The notes beneath the pieces were generated by a model. The model ran no database searches and was not told the origin of the DNA. It saw nothing but the letters and a program-made list of their open reading frames with translations. A stretch of DNA of 64,000 nt from Alphaproteobacteria bacterium (GTDB lineage: Bacteria > Pseudomonadota > Alphaproteobacteria > MPNO01 > UBA830), in NCBI GenBank assembly GCA_964291215.2, contig OZ219790.1, positions 960,001 to 1,024,000 on the forward strand, written 5' to 3'. Positions 20,713 through 32,323 of this stretch are shown piece by piece. The translations under genes were made by a program, and so were the position numbers. How positions within the stretch are numbered: the first letter of the stretch is position 1; every line of letters begins with the position of its first letter.

Positions 20713-21611
20713 TGGGGATTGGCCGAACGGGAGTACGGCCGCAGCACGCACCCGGACGACAGGATCAGGCGCCGGATCGCGCAGATGGGCGCGGCCTGGA
20801 CCCGGCGTCTCGGCGAGCACCTACCGGCGATCTTCCCGGGGCACACAGAACAGGTGGCGACCTACCGGTTGCTGTCCAACGAGGCGGTGAGGATGGAGTA
20901 CATACTGGATTCGCATGTCGAGCAGACGGTGGAGCGGTGCCGCGCCGAGCGGCTAGTGCTGGCCGTGCAAGACACGACCACGCTGAACTACGACGGCCTG
21001 TCGGGGACATCGGGCCTCGACGACCTCGCCGGTGGCGGCAAGGGCACCTCGGGCATCCTGGCCCATGTCGGCATGGCGGTGAACGCGGTCGGACGGCCGC
21101 TCGGGATGTTCGATGCGGACGCGGACTTCTGCCAGGCTGAGGGCAAGGACAGTGTCCGCTGGATCGCCGGTCTCGACCGGGCGCAGGAACTTGCGCGCGC
21201 CTGTCCGCATACCCGCGTCGTGACGGTCTGCGACCGGGAAGGCGACTTCCGGGAGATGAACTCGCGGGCCGAGGAGACCGGGGCGTCACTGCTGATCCGG
21301 GCGAGCCAGGGAACGCAGCGCCGGGTGGCGCTGCCTTCGGGCGACGACGCAGACCTCTGGGACCACGTGCTGGAAACGGACCCCGTCGGAAGGCGCCGGA
21401 TCGTGGTTCCCGCCTGCGGCGGCCGAACCGCAGGAAGGGCCGCAAGGCGAAGCTGACGCTGCGCTGCGCGCCCGTGGACCTGCTTGCCCCGAAAGACCGG
21501 GCGGGCGAGGGGCCGATTCGCGTGATCGCGGTCTCTGCTCTCGAGGAAAACCCGCCCCGTCGCGGCGGGAAAGAAGGGCGAGCCGCTGCACTGGATGTTG
21601 CTGACCACCGA
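20713..21611 (+). mobile_element. IS4-family (IS50/Tn5-like) transposase fragment
   Basis: WAEREYG, YRLLSN, LAVQDTTTLNY, VCDREGD, LHWMLLTT; only about two frameshifts, near 21420 and 21570. Confidence 0.88.
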
Positions 21612-21621
21612 GGGGGGGGGG

Positions 21622-21689
21622 GGTACTGTAACTTGATGTCTGGAAATTTGTCTGAGGTTTGCGCTTTGAGGCGTTTCACTGGGGGGCTA
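21622..21689 (+). mobile_element. IS256 left-end remnant
   Basis: Matches the reverse complement of 9340-9410. Confidence 0.8.
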
Positions 21690-22903
21690 GTAGTCCACCG
21701 GCATTGTATTGATGGTTTTTTGTGGGTAGTATTTTCGTGTCGGCGTTCGTTGGAATCTGGACAGTGCCGATATCCACACGGGCAAGATGCCGAACAGGCA
21801 GGCAGCCCCATGCGCAGGTCCGGACAACGGGCATGCCCGCAGGTCTTCGGCGCAATGACAGGAGCAGCGCATATGGCCAACTCTCGGGGCAGGAAGCTCT
21901 ACCGGGTGACCCTTTCAGCGCAGGAGCGCCGGGATCTGAAGGCGATTGTCGACGGCACCGGGGCTGCCTGGCGCCGGACACAAATCCTGATGCTGAGGGG
22001 GCGCTTGTCGATGCCGACATTGCGCAAGGGCTGGGCATCGGCACGGCGACGGTCGAGCGCTTGCGCAAGCGCTGCGTCCTGGAGAAGCTGGACGCCGCCC
22101 TCAGCCGCAAGGAGCAGGTGAACCGCCGGCCAAAACGGGGGCGATGGAGGCGAAGCTGGTCTCGTCCCCGCCCGAGGGCTGTGGACGCTGAAGCTGCTCG
22201 CCGGCCGTCTGGTGGAGATCGTCGAGCGCATTTCGGAAGAGACGGTCAGGAAGACGCTAAAAAAAGAGATCAAGCCGTGGCTGAACTGGTGCATTCCACC
22301 GCACCGGAGCGCACAGTTCGTGGCGGCGGACGTGCTTGACATTTGTCAGCGGGACTTTGCCAGGGACGAGGTGCTGAGACCAGCCGGCAGCAGACGAAGG
22401 ACCCCCCCCCCCCGTCCTCCGGTCAGCCGGAGGTGGTCGACTATGAATATGAGCGCAACGGCACGGCCAACCTCTTCATGGCCTTTGCGCCCAACGAGAA
22501 CTGGCGCACGGTGAAAGTCACCGACCGCCGCGGGACTGGGCGCACTTCATCCGGGAGCTTGCCGACGACCATTTCCCCGACAAGAAGATCGTGCTGGACA
22601 ATCTGAACACGCACAGTCACTGTATGAAGCCTTCGAGCCCGAGGAGGCGGGTACGAAAGCGGTTCGAGTTTCGCTATACGCCAAAGCATGGAAGCTGGCT
22701 CAACATGGCCGAGATCGGTGCGCTGTCGTGGCAATGCCTTCGGCGACGCATTCCCGACCGCGACACCATGCTGCGGGAGACCGTGGCGTGGGTGGAACGG
22801 CGCAATGCGGCCGATGTCACTGTCGACTGGCGTTTCACGACGAAGGATGCCCGGACGAAACTGAAGTCTCTATATCCGTCAATCCAATAATGCCAGACTA
22901 CTA
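21688..22903 (+). mobile_element. IS630-family IS (second subfamily), degenerate
   Basis: IRs TAGTAGTC..GGCATT; DYEYERNGTANLF, LDNLNTH, YTPKHGSWLNMAE. Confidence 0.9.
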
Positions 22904-24412
22904 GTTGGGTTCTGATTGGTCGTAGTGCTCGTTGATGATGTCTGCGGCTTTTCCGTCGAGGGCGATCTGGGTGGCGACGAGTGGGTTGTAGCCGAGTGCG
23001 GCCATGGAGGTGAGGTAGCTTGAGCCCCGGCACCATGCTTTTGCGTGGAGCGGAAGCATCCGGACACCTTGACCTTTGCCATCCTGATCTTCTGTTCTCC
23101 GGCATTGTTGGTGAATCTGACGTCGGGGTCGTCTGTGAAGCGCAGGTTTTCGTGTTTCACGAGACGTTCGTGCAGGTTGTGCGCGTCGGACTTGCGTCCA
23201 CGTTTTCCTTTCGGCGGCGGCGGGATGTCGGGCAGTTCCCTGGCGCCCTGATGGTGCGGTAGCGCTTGCGCCCGGCGTCGTTCAGGGTTTTGGATGCGCT
23301 CTTGTTGACCTTGTGGCAGACCTCGCGGAGCAGGCTCTTCATCAGTCGCGCGGTAGCCTCGACGACAAAGGTCAGTTCGCGCAGCAGGTGGCTGCCACAC
23401 AGCTGGTGGCTACACTGGCCCATGTACGAGGCCCAGGACGTCCTTGTAGCACGGGCCGATCTCTTGCCCGCGCTTGCGGTGCGGGAACTTGCACGTCAGG
23501 GTCCCACGACATGAAACCACTTGCTGTTGATCCGAAATCATCGACATCGGGCGTTGCAGGAGGTACGCCACGGCGGCCTCCTCCCATGACGCATCGTGAA
23601 AGCATAGCTGAGGCAGGTTGCCTCGGAGAGCTTGATGCCGGAGATCGCCTGCACGAGCGCGACGGCACGGCGCAGGGACAGCATCTGGGCGACCAGCAGG
23701 TTGATGACGAGAGCCTGGATGCCGATGCCGTACTGCACGGGATGTTGTCGGGGAACCGGCCCTTGGTCCGGGCCTTGCACTTCGGACATTCCTTGATCTC
23801 GGCGCGGCGCTCGACGACCTCGAACACGATGTCGTGCGGCGCTCCCGATCGATGGGGCCGTCGATGTCGGTGCCGCAGGCGTCGCAGGCCGCGACCGTCT
23901 CCTCGACGATGATCTTGCGCAGGTTGTCGCCCATCTGCCGGTTCGGCTTCGGGCCGTTGCTCCCGGCACGCTCTTGTCCGTCTGTGACGGCGGCAGACCG
24001 GAGTTCCGGCTCGTGCGTGGTCTTCTCCAGAAGGACGACGATGATGATGTCGAGTAGGATGACGAGGACGCGGATGACGGCCTCTTCCGCCACTTTGCCG
24101 GCCGCACGCAGCGCCACGATCTTGGCCGCTTCGAACTCCTCGCGCGCCGCCCGTCGCCATCACCCGGCCTTGCGCTTCATCAGCGCGCCGCTTCCGAGAT
24201 GCGTTTCCACATACAGATCATGCGGGGGCTGGAGCCCCGAAAGCAGCTGGCACAGCCCGCTCGTCGCCTTCGATCCAAAGTAGCCCACTGGCGGTCCCCG
24301 TCGTTCTCGATGACCACCACTAAACGAATCGGCCTGCAGTGTCAAATCTCCACGAAAACCCGTTCGTTGCTCTACCCCGACATCAAGCTGGAACCAGGGG
24401 GTGAGCAGTTAC
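22901..24412 (-). mobile_element. IS66-family (ISBst12-like) copy 1 with methyltransferase remnant
   Basis: End GTAACTGCTCACCCC; HQLCGSHLLREL, FTNNAGEQKIRMAKVKVSGCFRS; other end clipped by IS630. Confidence 0.88.
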
Positions 24413-25058
24413 GTACGTTAGATTGATAGATCCCGGACCATGTCTTCCTGTCGTCATCGTCTCGTCTCCTTCAGGCGAAAGCCCATCTGCAGCGCCCGTC
24501 GACCGCCGGAGAAGGCGCACGACGGGGCGGCAGGTCACTGAAGGATGAGAGTTGGAGCCGCAGCCCCTGGAGGGCCGCGACAGGGATCGTGCCAGAGAAA
24601 GCTGATCCGCCCGCAAGGCCGTCCTGTCGCCGGCGCGGCGTGCGCGCTCTCGCGCGCTGCCCGGTAACCTGTTCATCTGGCCGCGCCCGGCGTTCCTCCG
24701 GAGAGGACGCACGGGCGGGGAAGACAGCAGTCAGGCAGGAGCGGCTCTCCCGAAGGCGACCCGGCAGACCGGCGCCGGAAGCCGGCAAATGCAAGACATG
24801 AAGAAGCGCGAGGCGCGATTCTACACCGTGTTTGAGCCGCGGAAGTCAAGTCCGGATACACCCGTCGCTACGATGGCGCAGAACCAGTAACCCGTTGCGC
24901 AGCCCCGCACAAGCCGCCCGGACGCCGATTGTCCCGACCTGTTGCATCCGTGCCACAGCCCGCAGCCGAAGGGCTCCCGCACGCCGAGCCTGCGCCGTTT
25001 CTGCCCCCTCCGGCTGGCGCTCTGTTCGGCGTTTCTCGCATAACTCTGGCTCGGCGCG

Positions 25059-27428
25059 TCAGCCGACGAAGTCGAAATCGGCCTCGGTCAGTTGCGACGC
25101 CTGGACCCCCTCCAGGGTGACAGTCCCCGACCACCAGGTAATGATAGCGCCGCTGTCGGTCTGCCGGATATCGAGGTCGTCGAAGCCGAGTTCCGAGTCG
25201 ACCGAATAGAAGGCGATTTGGTCCCTCACGAGCCTCCCGTGATCGAAATCGAGGATCGTGTCGTCGCCACCATACGTGAATCCGAACCGGTCGCTGAGGC
25301 CCGCGCGGCCCCGGAGCGTGTCATCGCCCATGCTGTCGTCGAGTATCAAGTGGGGCTCGTATAATTCGACCGGGACGTGGGCAAAGACATCAGCCTTGCT
25401 CAGTTGCCACGTCTGAATCCCCTTCAGGGTGATGGTCCCCAAGGACCAGGTGATGACGGCGTCACTGCCGGACTGCCGGATCTCAAGGTCGTCGAAGCGG
25501 TACTCCCCATCGACCGAGCCGAGGACGATGTAGTCCGTCCCGTCCTCAAAGTCGAGGATCGTGTCGTCGCCGCCATCCTTGAATCCCCACTTGCTGGCGT
25601 AGCCCTCCGTTCCGAAAACAAAATAGTCGTTGCCCTCCCCGCCCCGGAGCGTGTCATTGCCCAGACCGCCCGAGAGCCAATCCCAGCCTTTGCCGCCTTC
25701 CAGCAGGTCGTCACCGTCACGACCTCTCAGCGTGTCGCTGCCATCGCCGCCCCAGAGCTCATCGTCACCCGAGTTGCCGCGGAGGTGGTCTTTCCCCGCG
25801 CCGCCATAGATCTTGTCATCACCTTTTCGACCGTAGAGCTTGTCGTCACCCGAGTTGCCGTAGATCGTGTCGTCGCACGCGGTGCCAAAGATCGACTCGG
25901 CGCCTGCACCGCCATGAATGGTCTCACCGCAGACCTCAGCGTCGTCGAGGGGGTTGCCGCCGTCGTTGTCATTGTCGAGGGGGTTGCCGCCGTCGTTGTC
26001 GTCGTCGAGGGGGTTGCCGCCATCGTTGTCGTCGTCGAGGGGGTTGCCGCCATCGTTGTCGTCGTCGAGGGGGTTGCCGCCATCGTTGTCGTCGTCGAGG
26101 GGGTTGCCGCCATCGTTGTCGTCGTCGCTCGTACTGGCGCCGTAAGCGGCCTTTTCGTGATCGTCGCCGCCAGAAGGCAGGATGAAGTCGTCCTCGCCGA
26201 GGGACGCCGCCGACACGCCCGACAGCCTGATCGTGTCGCCGCCGCCGCCGTAGCGAATGACGGTATCGGTGCCGTCCTGCTCGATGACCAGCGCCGCGAA
26301 TCCGCCGGACTCGCCGTCGAGGCGAATCCGGTCGCCGGCTCCGAAGTCGGTGATCGTGTCGTGGCCGTCTCCCGCCACGAACACGAAGGTGTCGGCGCCC
26401 TTGCCGCCCCCCAGCGTGTCATCGCCCGCGCCGCCGCGCAGGGTGTCGGCACCCCTGGCGCCGCGCAGCGTGTCGTCGCCCGCGCCGCCGTCCAGCGTGT
26501 CGTTGCCCTTGCCGCCCCCCAGCGTATCGTCGCCAGCCCCGCCGGTCAGCGTGTCGGCGCCCAGGCCGCCATAGAGGAGGTCGTCGCCGGCCCCGCCGGT
26601 CAGCGTGTCGGCGCCCCCGTAGCCACGCAGGGTGTCGTCGCCGGCCCCGCCGGTGAGCGTGTCCGCGTCCTTGCTACCCTTCAGCACCTCGCCGCCAGAA
26701 GGCCCGCCGCTCGAGGCGTCGCCGGACGTGCCCTCCGGCGGCGCGCCCTGTGCAAGAGCGTCCTCGCCGCCGCCCTCCGGCGGGGCTGCCTCGACGGGAA
26801 GGAACCGGAAGTCGTCCGCGCCAAGGGAGGCCGCCGTCACGCCCTCCAGCTTGATCGTGTCGCCGTCGCCGTAGCGGATGACGGTATAGAAGCCCTTCTG
26901 CTCGATCACCAGATCCCCGAAACCGCCGGACACCCCGGCAATCTCGATGATGTCGCCAGCCTCGAAATCGCCGATGTAATCGGCCCCGTCGCCGACCGCG
27001 AACGCAAAGACGTCATGGCCACTGCCGCCATAGAGCGAGTCCGCGCCCCGGCCGCCGGTCAGCCTGTCGGCGCCCCGGCCGCCTTCCAGACGGTCGTTGC
27101 CCGCACCGCCATCCACCGTGTCGTCCCCGTCGCCGCCATAGAGCGTGTCGTTGTCCGTGCCGCCGTCCAGCGTGTCGTCGCCAGCACCGCCGTCCAGCAC
27201 ATCGTCGCCAGCACCGCCGTCCAGCGTGTCATCGTCCGAACTGCCGGGGTTCATGAGGAGAAAGTCCGCGTCGGCACCCGGGCTTGCGGTTCCGCCCGTC
27301 AGCGTGTCGTCGCCAGCGCCGCCCGTCAGGATGTCGTCTCCGAGGCCGCCTTTCAGGATGTCATTGCCGAGGCCACCCGTCAGGGTGTCGTCGTCGGCGC
27401 CGCCGGTCCGGGAAATATTCTGTGTCAT
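25059..27428 (-). CDS. RTX-type calcium-binding repeat protein (probable T1SS substrate)
   Basis: 789 aa, many GGxGDDxL nonapeptides, no signal peptide, C-terminus ...EADFDFVG. Confidence 0.9.
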   Translation of the reverse strand: MTQNISRTGGADDDTLTGGLGNDILKGGLGDDILTGGAGDDTLTGGTASPGADADFLLMNPGSSDDDTLDGGAGDDVLDGGAGDDTLDGGTDNDTLYGGDGDDTVDGGAGNDRLEGGRGADRLTGGRGADSLYGGSGHDVFAFAVGDGADYIGDFEAGDIIEIAGVSGGFGDLVIEQKGFYTVIRYGDGDTIKLEGVTAASLGADDFRFLPVEAAPPEGGGEDALAQGAPPEGTSGDASSGGPSGGEVLKGSKDADTLTGGAGDDTLRGYGGADTLTGGAGDDLLYGGLGADTLTGGAGDDTLGGGKGNDTLDGGAGDDTLRGARGADTLRGGAGDDTLGGGKGADTFVFVAGDGHDTITDFGAGDRIRLDGESGGFAALVIEQDGTDTVIRYGGGGDTIRLSGVSAASLGEDDFILPSGGDDHEKAAYGASTSDDDNDGGNPLDDDNDGGNPLDDDNDGGNPLDDDNDGGNPLDDDNDGGNPLDNDNDGGNPLDDAEVCGETIHGGAGAESIFGTACDDTIYGNSGDDKLYGRKGDDKIYGGAGKDHLRGNSGDDELWGGDGSDTLRGRDGDDLLEGGKGWDWLSGGLGNDTLRGGEGNDYFVFGTEGYASKWGFKDGGDDTILDFEDGTDYIVLGSVDGEYRFDDLEIRQSGSDAVITWSLGTITLKGIQTWQLSKADVFAHVPVELYEPHLILDDSMGDDTLRGRAGLSDRFGFTYGGDDTILDFDHGRLVRDQIAFYSVDSELGFDDLDIRQTDSGAIITWWSGTVTLEGVQASQLTEADFDFVG
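25941..26120 (-). repeat. Six tandem 30-bp repeats encoding DDDNDGGNPL
   Basis: Read directly from the sequence. Confidence 0.95.
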
Positions 27429-27577
27429 CGCGCTCTCTCCTCAACATATGGGTTTCCATCGCAGGGCCATGACGGCATTGCCTCGCCGAAAGGCCGGTTC
27501 CGCCCACCAAGCCGCCCACTCGCAGAACGCATCCTACCCGGCGCATCCGGCCGTTGCAACCGAATTCGGCCCGGTGG

Positions 27578-27754
27578 CACGGTGATCCCGCGCTGCTAAT
27601 CCGGCGACGACTGGCGAGATTTTCTCAGTTTGCGTCGCGCTGCAATCGTGCCGCCAAGGCTCGATGGGACCTTCTTGGCACGAAAATTGCGATCAAGGAG
27701 GCGATCTGTGATGAGCCGAGCCCCAACGCATTCGGATTTCGCGTCTCTGAATTA
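27578..27754 (+). mobile_element. ~190-bp MITE, copy 1 (right end clipped by ISNCY)
   Basis: Homologous to 34023-34215 (inverted) and 52899-53091. Confidence 0.85.
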
Positions 27755-28117
27755 GTGCCTGCGAAAAAAACATAAAATCGCTTGATTTTTTTGTAGAATC
27801 CTGATATAGAGGGGATGAAGAATCTCGCTTTGGGGTAGGAATTGGACGATCAGACCGGAAATCCACCGGATTTTCGGAAAACTTCGCGAGAATTGCCATG
27901 CGAAACGTTCCGCAGCTGGAATTGGGCCAGGTTGCGATCGAGAAGATCGATCTCAGCAAAGACTCGCGGGATGACATGCGCGGGATTCAGCACGTGTATG
28001 CCGACCCGGCTGTTCAAGATCCTGGAGGAGGGGACCCTTCCGAGAGTGTCCCACAGGAAAGCGCGTCCCGGCGTTGTGGAAGATTCTGGTGTCCTGAAGC
28101 AGAGCTTGGGGTATGAC

Positions 28118-29493
28118 CTTATATGACTAGGTTTTGTCCCCTTGATGATGAAATCATCCACAGCAGTTGGGGGCGGGAAAATGTGGATCTGTGGGAGAGC
28201 TATGGTTGCAGAGAGATTCCGCTCCCCTGAGCGAACACGCACAGGGGAGCGGGGATCAAACGATCTCCGCGGAGGTTGCCGTTTTGACCTTGACAGAGCC
28301 GCGACCGAGTGTGGTCGGCCAACCTCCCTTGACGTCCCTCGCTGGATGCTTGGGTTTGAACCCGTATCATCGTAAGGCGAGGAGCAAGGGACGATGGTCA
28401 AGATAGTAGCAGGGGTCAGCAAGGCCAGTCTGGACATCTGGCGCATTGTTTTGCGAACGACGCCACGGGCAGGTGGCTTCGCGGCCTCGGGGTGAGCCGG
28501 GTGGTGGGCGACAGGCCGCTATCACCGCAAGGTTCACCAGTGTCTTCATGACCGGGGCTTCGAGGTTATTCTCGTCAACCCGTTGCGGGCGCTTCGCCGA
28601 GGCGATGGGCCATCTGGCCAAAACCGACCGCGTCAACGCCAAGATCGGCTGGGCGATCTTGAGCCTGTGGCTCCGCCTTCCTCAAGAGCCTGGAGGATCT
28701 CTTGGTGCCGCGCTTGTCGACGCCAAGCAGGTGGCAGATGAGGTGGATGGCGAGACCGTCACAAGGGCCTCGGCGGCCGATCTCAATGATCGCATTGCCG
28801 GCGCGGCGATCAAAGCGGTGATCGCCGGTGATCCCGAGCAGAGGTACGCCATCCTGACCTCGATCCCCGGTCCGGTGACCGCCGCGGCCCTTCTGGATGC
28901 CCGAACTCGGCAGCGTCGGCAGCCTTGATCGGGGTGGCGCCGATGGCCAACGACCACGGTGCTCGGCACATCCGTGGCGGGCGCCGAAGGCCACGCGATC
29001 TCCTGGCCGCAACCGGCACGCTTCAACGCGAACCTGGTGCGCCTCAAGACTGCCGGCAAGGCCCACAAGGTCGCGATTGTCGCCGTGATGCGCAAGCTCT
29101 GGCGAACACCCTGCTGCGACAGCAGCGTTGCCTGAAGCACCGGTGAGTGAGCGAAGGAGACACGGCCCTCACCCCTGCCGAGAGCGCGATCGGGACTGTC
29201 TCGACAGTCTCCCTCTACGACACGACTTGGGGAGAATGTCTGCAGATCATCGTCGAGGCCGACATCGAGGAGACCGAACCGCCTTGGGACACCTGGAACC
29301 CAATTGACGACGGTCACGTGCCCGGGGACGGCAAGGTAGCCGCGTTCACGTGACCAATGGACGGCAACCCGCCGCCGGGACCACAAGCTTCATGTCGCCT
29401 CGCTCGCAGAGCAAACCCCACACCGCTTGTGGACAACCACAGAAAACATCACCGCAGACACCCGCAAAAACCTTGCCAAGAAACATGGATGCT
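28118..29493 (+). mobile_element. IS110-family element copy 1 (CT core, bridge-RNA left end, degenerate recombinase)
   Basis: Removal restores ISNCY codons GAC-CT|C-GAT (GYDLDHLHE); fragments VSKASLD, AKTDRVNAK, ILTSIPG, KVAIVAVMRKL. Confidence 0.85.
28250..28385 (+). ncRNA. Putative IS110 bridge RNA (target and donor binding loops)
   Basis: Two stem/internal-loop units; TTTGACCT matches the target flank, TGGATGCT matches the element right end, GTAAG is complementary to the left end. Boundaries approximate. Confidence 0.7.
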
Positions 29494-30727
29494 CGATCAT
29501 CTGCACGAACTGGTGAACGAGACGGTTCGCAAGTTCCTGGACCACGGCGATATCCGGGACAACACGAGGTACAGCTATCGGACGGTGCTGGAGAACGTGA
29601 GCCATCTGACGCCGGAAGTGCTGGAGAAGGTATCGCAGCTGGTGGCTGAGAGCGGCCATGCGATGGTCCGCAAGAGCAAGTCGGACGGGTCCTTTGCGGG
29701 GCCGCTGCGATTCGTTCGTGGTGCACTACCCGACGGACGTCAACCTGCTGTGGGATGCGATGCGTTGTCTGGTGCGCGGCCGTGTTCGCGGGGGTGGCGG
29801 CAGTGGCAGCATCGGAGTCGCGGGAAGCGCTTTCAGAAGGTTTCCGGCGGGCCTCTTCGGAGGATGGTACCTCGACGACAGCCGGGAGTTGGAGCGCAGG
29901 AGACGGTTTCGGCACTTGTGGAGAAGGGCGTCGGGGCCTCCAGGATTCACAAGATCCAATCGTATCTCAACCATGCCCGCCGGCAGATCGACCAAGTAGA
30001 CCGCCGCCTAAGGCGAGAAGATCCCGCAGGAAGAGAGGGTGTTTTCGATCTTCGAGGAGCGCTGGTGCGTGAAGGGCAAGTGCCGGTGGCCGTGCTGGAG
30101 GACCAGCACGGCTTCCTCCTGCACCACCGGATCCTGTGGGAGGGCAGTGACGTGGACCATGCGGTGCCCATGATCCAGGAAGCACAGGCTCGCTTCCCCG
30201 ATCTGCGCCTGTGCAGTTTCGATCGCGGGTTCCACAACCCCTCCAACCGGATTGCACTGGACGAGTTGCTGGACGCGCTGCCGAAGAAGGGAAAGCCTGG
30301 TCGGGCGGACCGGGAAGCTGAGACGACGTTCCGGGAGATGCGCCGACAGCATCCGGCCGTGGAGTCGGCGATCAATAATCTTGAGCAACGCGGCATGGAC
30401 CGGGTCCTGTGGGGCGGACGGCTTTGCGCGGATGGTGGCGCTGTCCATGGTGGCCTTCAATGTCCACCGCCTGCTGTTGCACGGACGGGCCCGACGACGA
30501 CGAAAACGCGCCGCCTGACGGCGGCGTCCCTCCACCCCACCCACCCGCCGGGAGCGGGAACGGAGCCGCTCGTCCGGCTTCTCGGCTGGAAGAGCCCTGA
30601 TACCGTCGCGAATCAGCAGGAATCCCCCCGAAAACGGAGCGGGACCCGGAAGGGCGATCAAACCAGAAATTTCGCCGGAATCTCAGCTAAAACGGTCATT
30701 TCCGCGCGGGCACGAATTACCAAAATA

Positions 30728-32228
30728 GTATCTACTCACCCCTTGTTGGGTTCTGATTGGCCATAGTGCTCGTTGATGATGTCTGCGGCTTTTCCGTCGA
30801 AGGCGATCTGGGTGGCGACGAGTGGGTTGTAGCCGAGTGCGGCCATGGAGGTGAGGTAGCTTGAGCCCCGGCACCATGCTTTTGCGTGGAGCGGAAGCAT
30901 CCGGACACCTTGACCTTTGCCATCCTGATCTTCTGTTCTCCGGCATTGTTGGTGAAGCTGACGTCGGGGTCGTCTGTGAAGCGCAGGTTTTCGTGTTTCA
31001 CGAGACGTTCGTGCAGGTTGTGCGCGTCGGACTTGCGTCCACGTTTTCCTTTCGGCGGCGGCGGGATGTCGGGCAGTTCCCTGGCGCCCTGATGGTGCGG
31101 TAGCGCTTGCGCCCGGCGTCGTTCAGGGTCTTGGATGCGCTCTTGTTGACCTTGTGGCAGACCTCGCGGAGCAGGCTCTTCATCAGTCGCGCGGTAGCCT
31201 CGACGACAAAGGTCAGTTCGCGCAGCAGGTGGCTGCCGCACAGCTGGTGGCTACACTGGCCCATGTACGAGGCCCAGGACGCCCTTGTAGCACGGGCCGA
31301 TCTCTTGCCCGCGCTTGCGGTGCGGGAACTTGCACGTCAGGGTCCCACGACATGGAGCCACTTGCTGTTGATCCGAAATCGTCGACATCGGGCGTTGCAG
31401 GAGGTGCGCCACGGCGGCCTCCTCCCATGACGCATCGTGAAAGCATAGCTGAGGCAGGTTGCCTCGGAGAGCTTGATGCCGGAGATCGCCTGCACGAGCG
31501 CGACGGCACGGCGCAGGGACAGCATCTGGGCGACCAGCAGGTTGATGACGAGGGCCTGGATGCCGTACTGCACGGGATGTTGTCGGGGAACCGGCCCCGG
31601 GCCTTGCACTTCGGGCATTCCTCGGCGCGGCGCTCGACGACCTCGAACACGATGTCGTGCGGCGCTCCCGATCGACGACGCCGTCGATGTCGGCGCCGCA
31701 GGCGTCGCAGGCCGCGACCGTCTCCTCGACGATGATCTTGCGCAGGTTGTCGCCCATCTGCTGGTTCGGCTTCGGGCCGTTGCTCCCGGCACGCTCTTGT
31801 CCGTCTGTGACGGCGGCAGACCGGAGTTCCGGCTCGTGCGTGGTCTTCTCCAGAAGGACGACGATGAGGATGTCGAGCAGGGTGACGAGGACGCGGATGA
31901 CGGCCTCTTCCGCCACCTTGCCGGCAGCGCCGCGGTCTTGGCCGCTTCGAACTCCTCGCGCGCCGCCCGTCGCCATCACCCGGCCTTGCGCTTCATCAGC
32001 GCGCCGTCTCCCGGATGCGTTTCCACATACAGATCATGCGGAGGCTGGAGCCCCGGAAGCAGCTGGCACAGCCTGCTCGTCGCCTTCGATCCAAAGTAGC
32101 ACACTGGCGGTCCTCGTCGTTTTCGATGACCACCACTAAGCGAATCGGCCTGCAATGTCAAATCTCCACGTAAACCCGTTCGTTACTCTACCCCGACATC
32201 AAGCCAGAACCAGGGGATGAGCAGTTAC
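30728..32228 (-). mobile_element. IS66-family copy 2
   Basis: Ends GTATCTACTCACCCC / GAGCAGTTAC; 8-bp TSD CCAAAATA. Confidence 0.92.
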
Positions 32229-32323
32229 CCAAAATAAACCTCAGCGCAGATCGTCACCACCGCACGAACGAACGCTTACGTGATAAGCTTCAAAGCGTGG
32301 CACAATATCGCTCGAGGTGAAAA

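Larger units (their letters stand above)
27755..30713 (+). mobile_element. ISNCY (ISDol1-like) IS, degenerate, interrupted by IS110
   Basis: Ends GTGCCTGCG / CGCGGGCAC flanked by GAATTA on both sides; MRNVPQLELGQ..SRDDM, CDSFVVHYPTD, CSFDRGFH, HPAVESAINNLE. Confidence 0.85.

Noticed and set aside
25941-26120. 30-bp direct repeats as a CRISPR array
   Set aside because: No spacers; the repeats are in-frame coding units of the RTX gene; no cas genes.
25377-27599. 740-aa plus-strand ORF and similar long antisense ORFs (32609-34036, 48440-49681, 57432-58796)
   Set aside because: Shadow frames of GC-rich real genes with no recognisable motifs.
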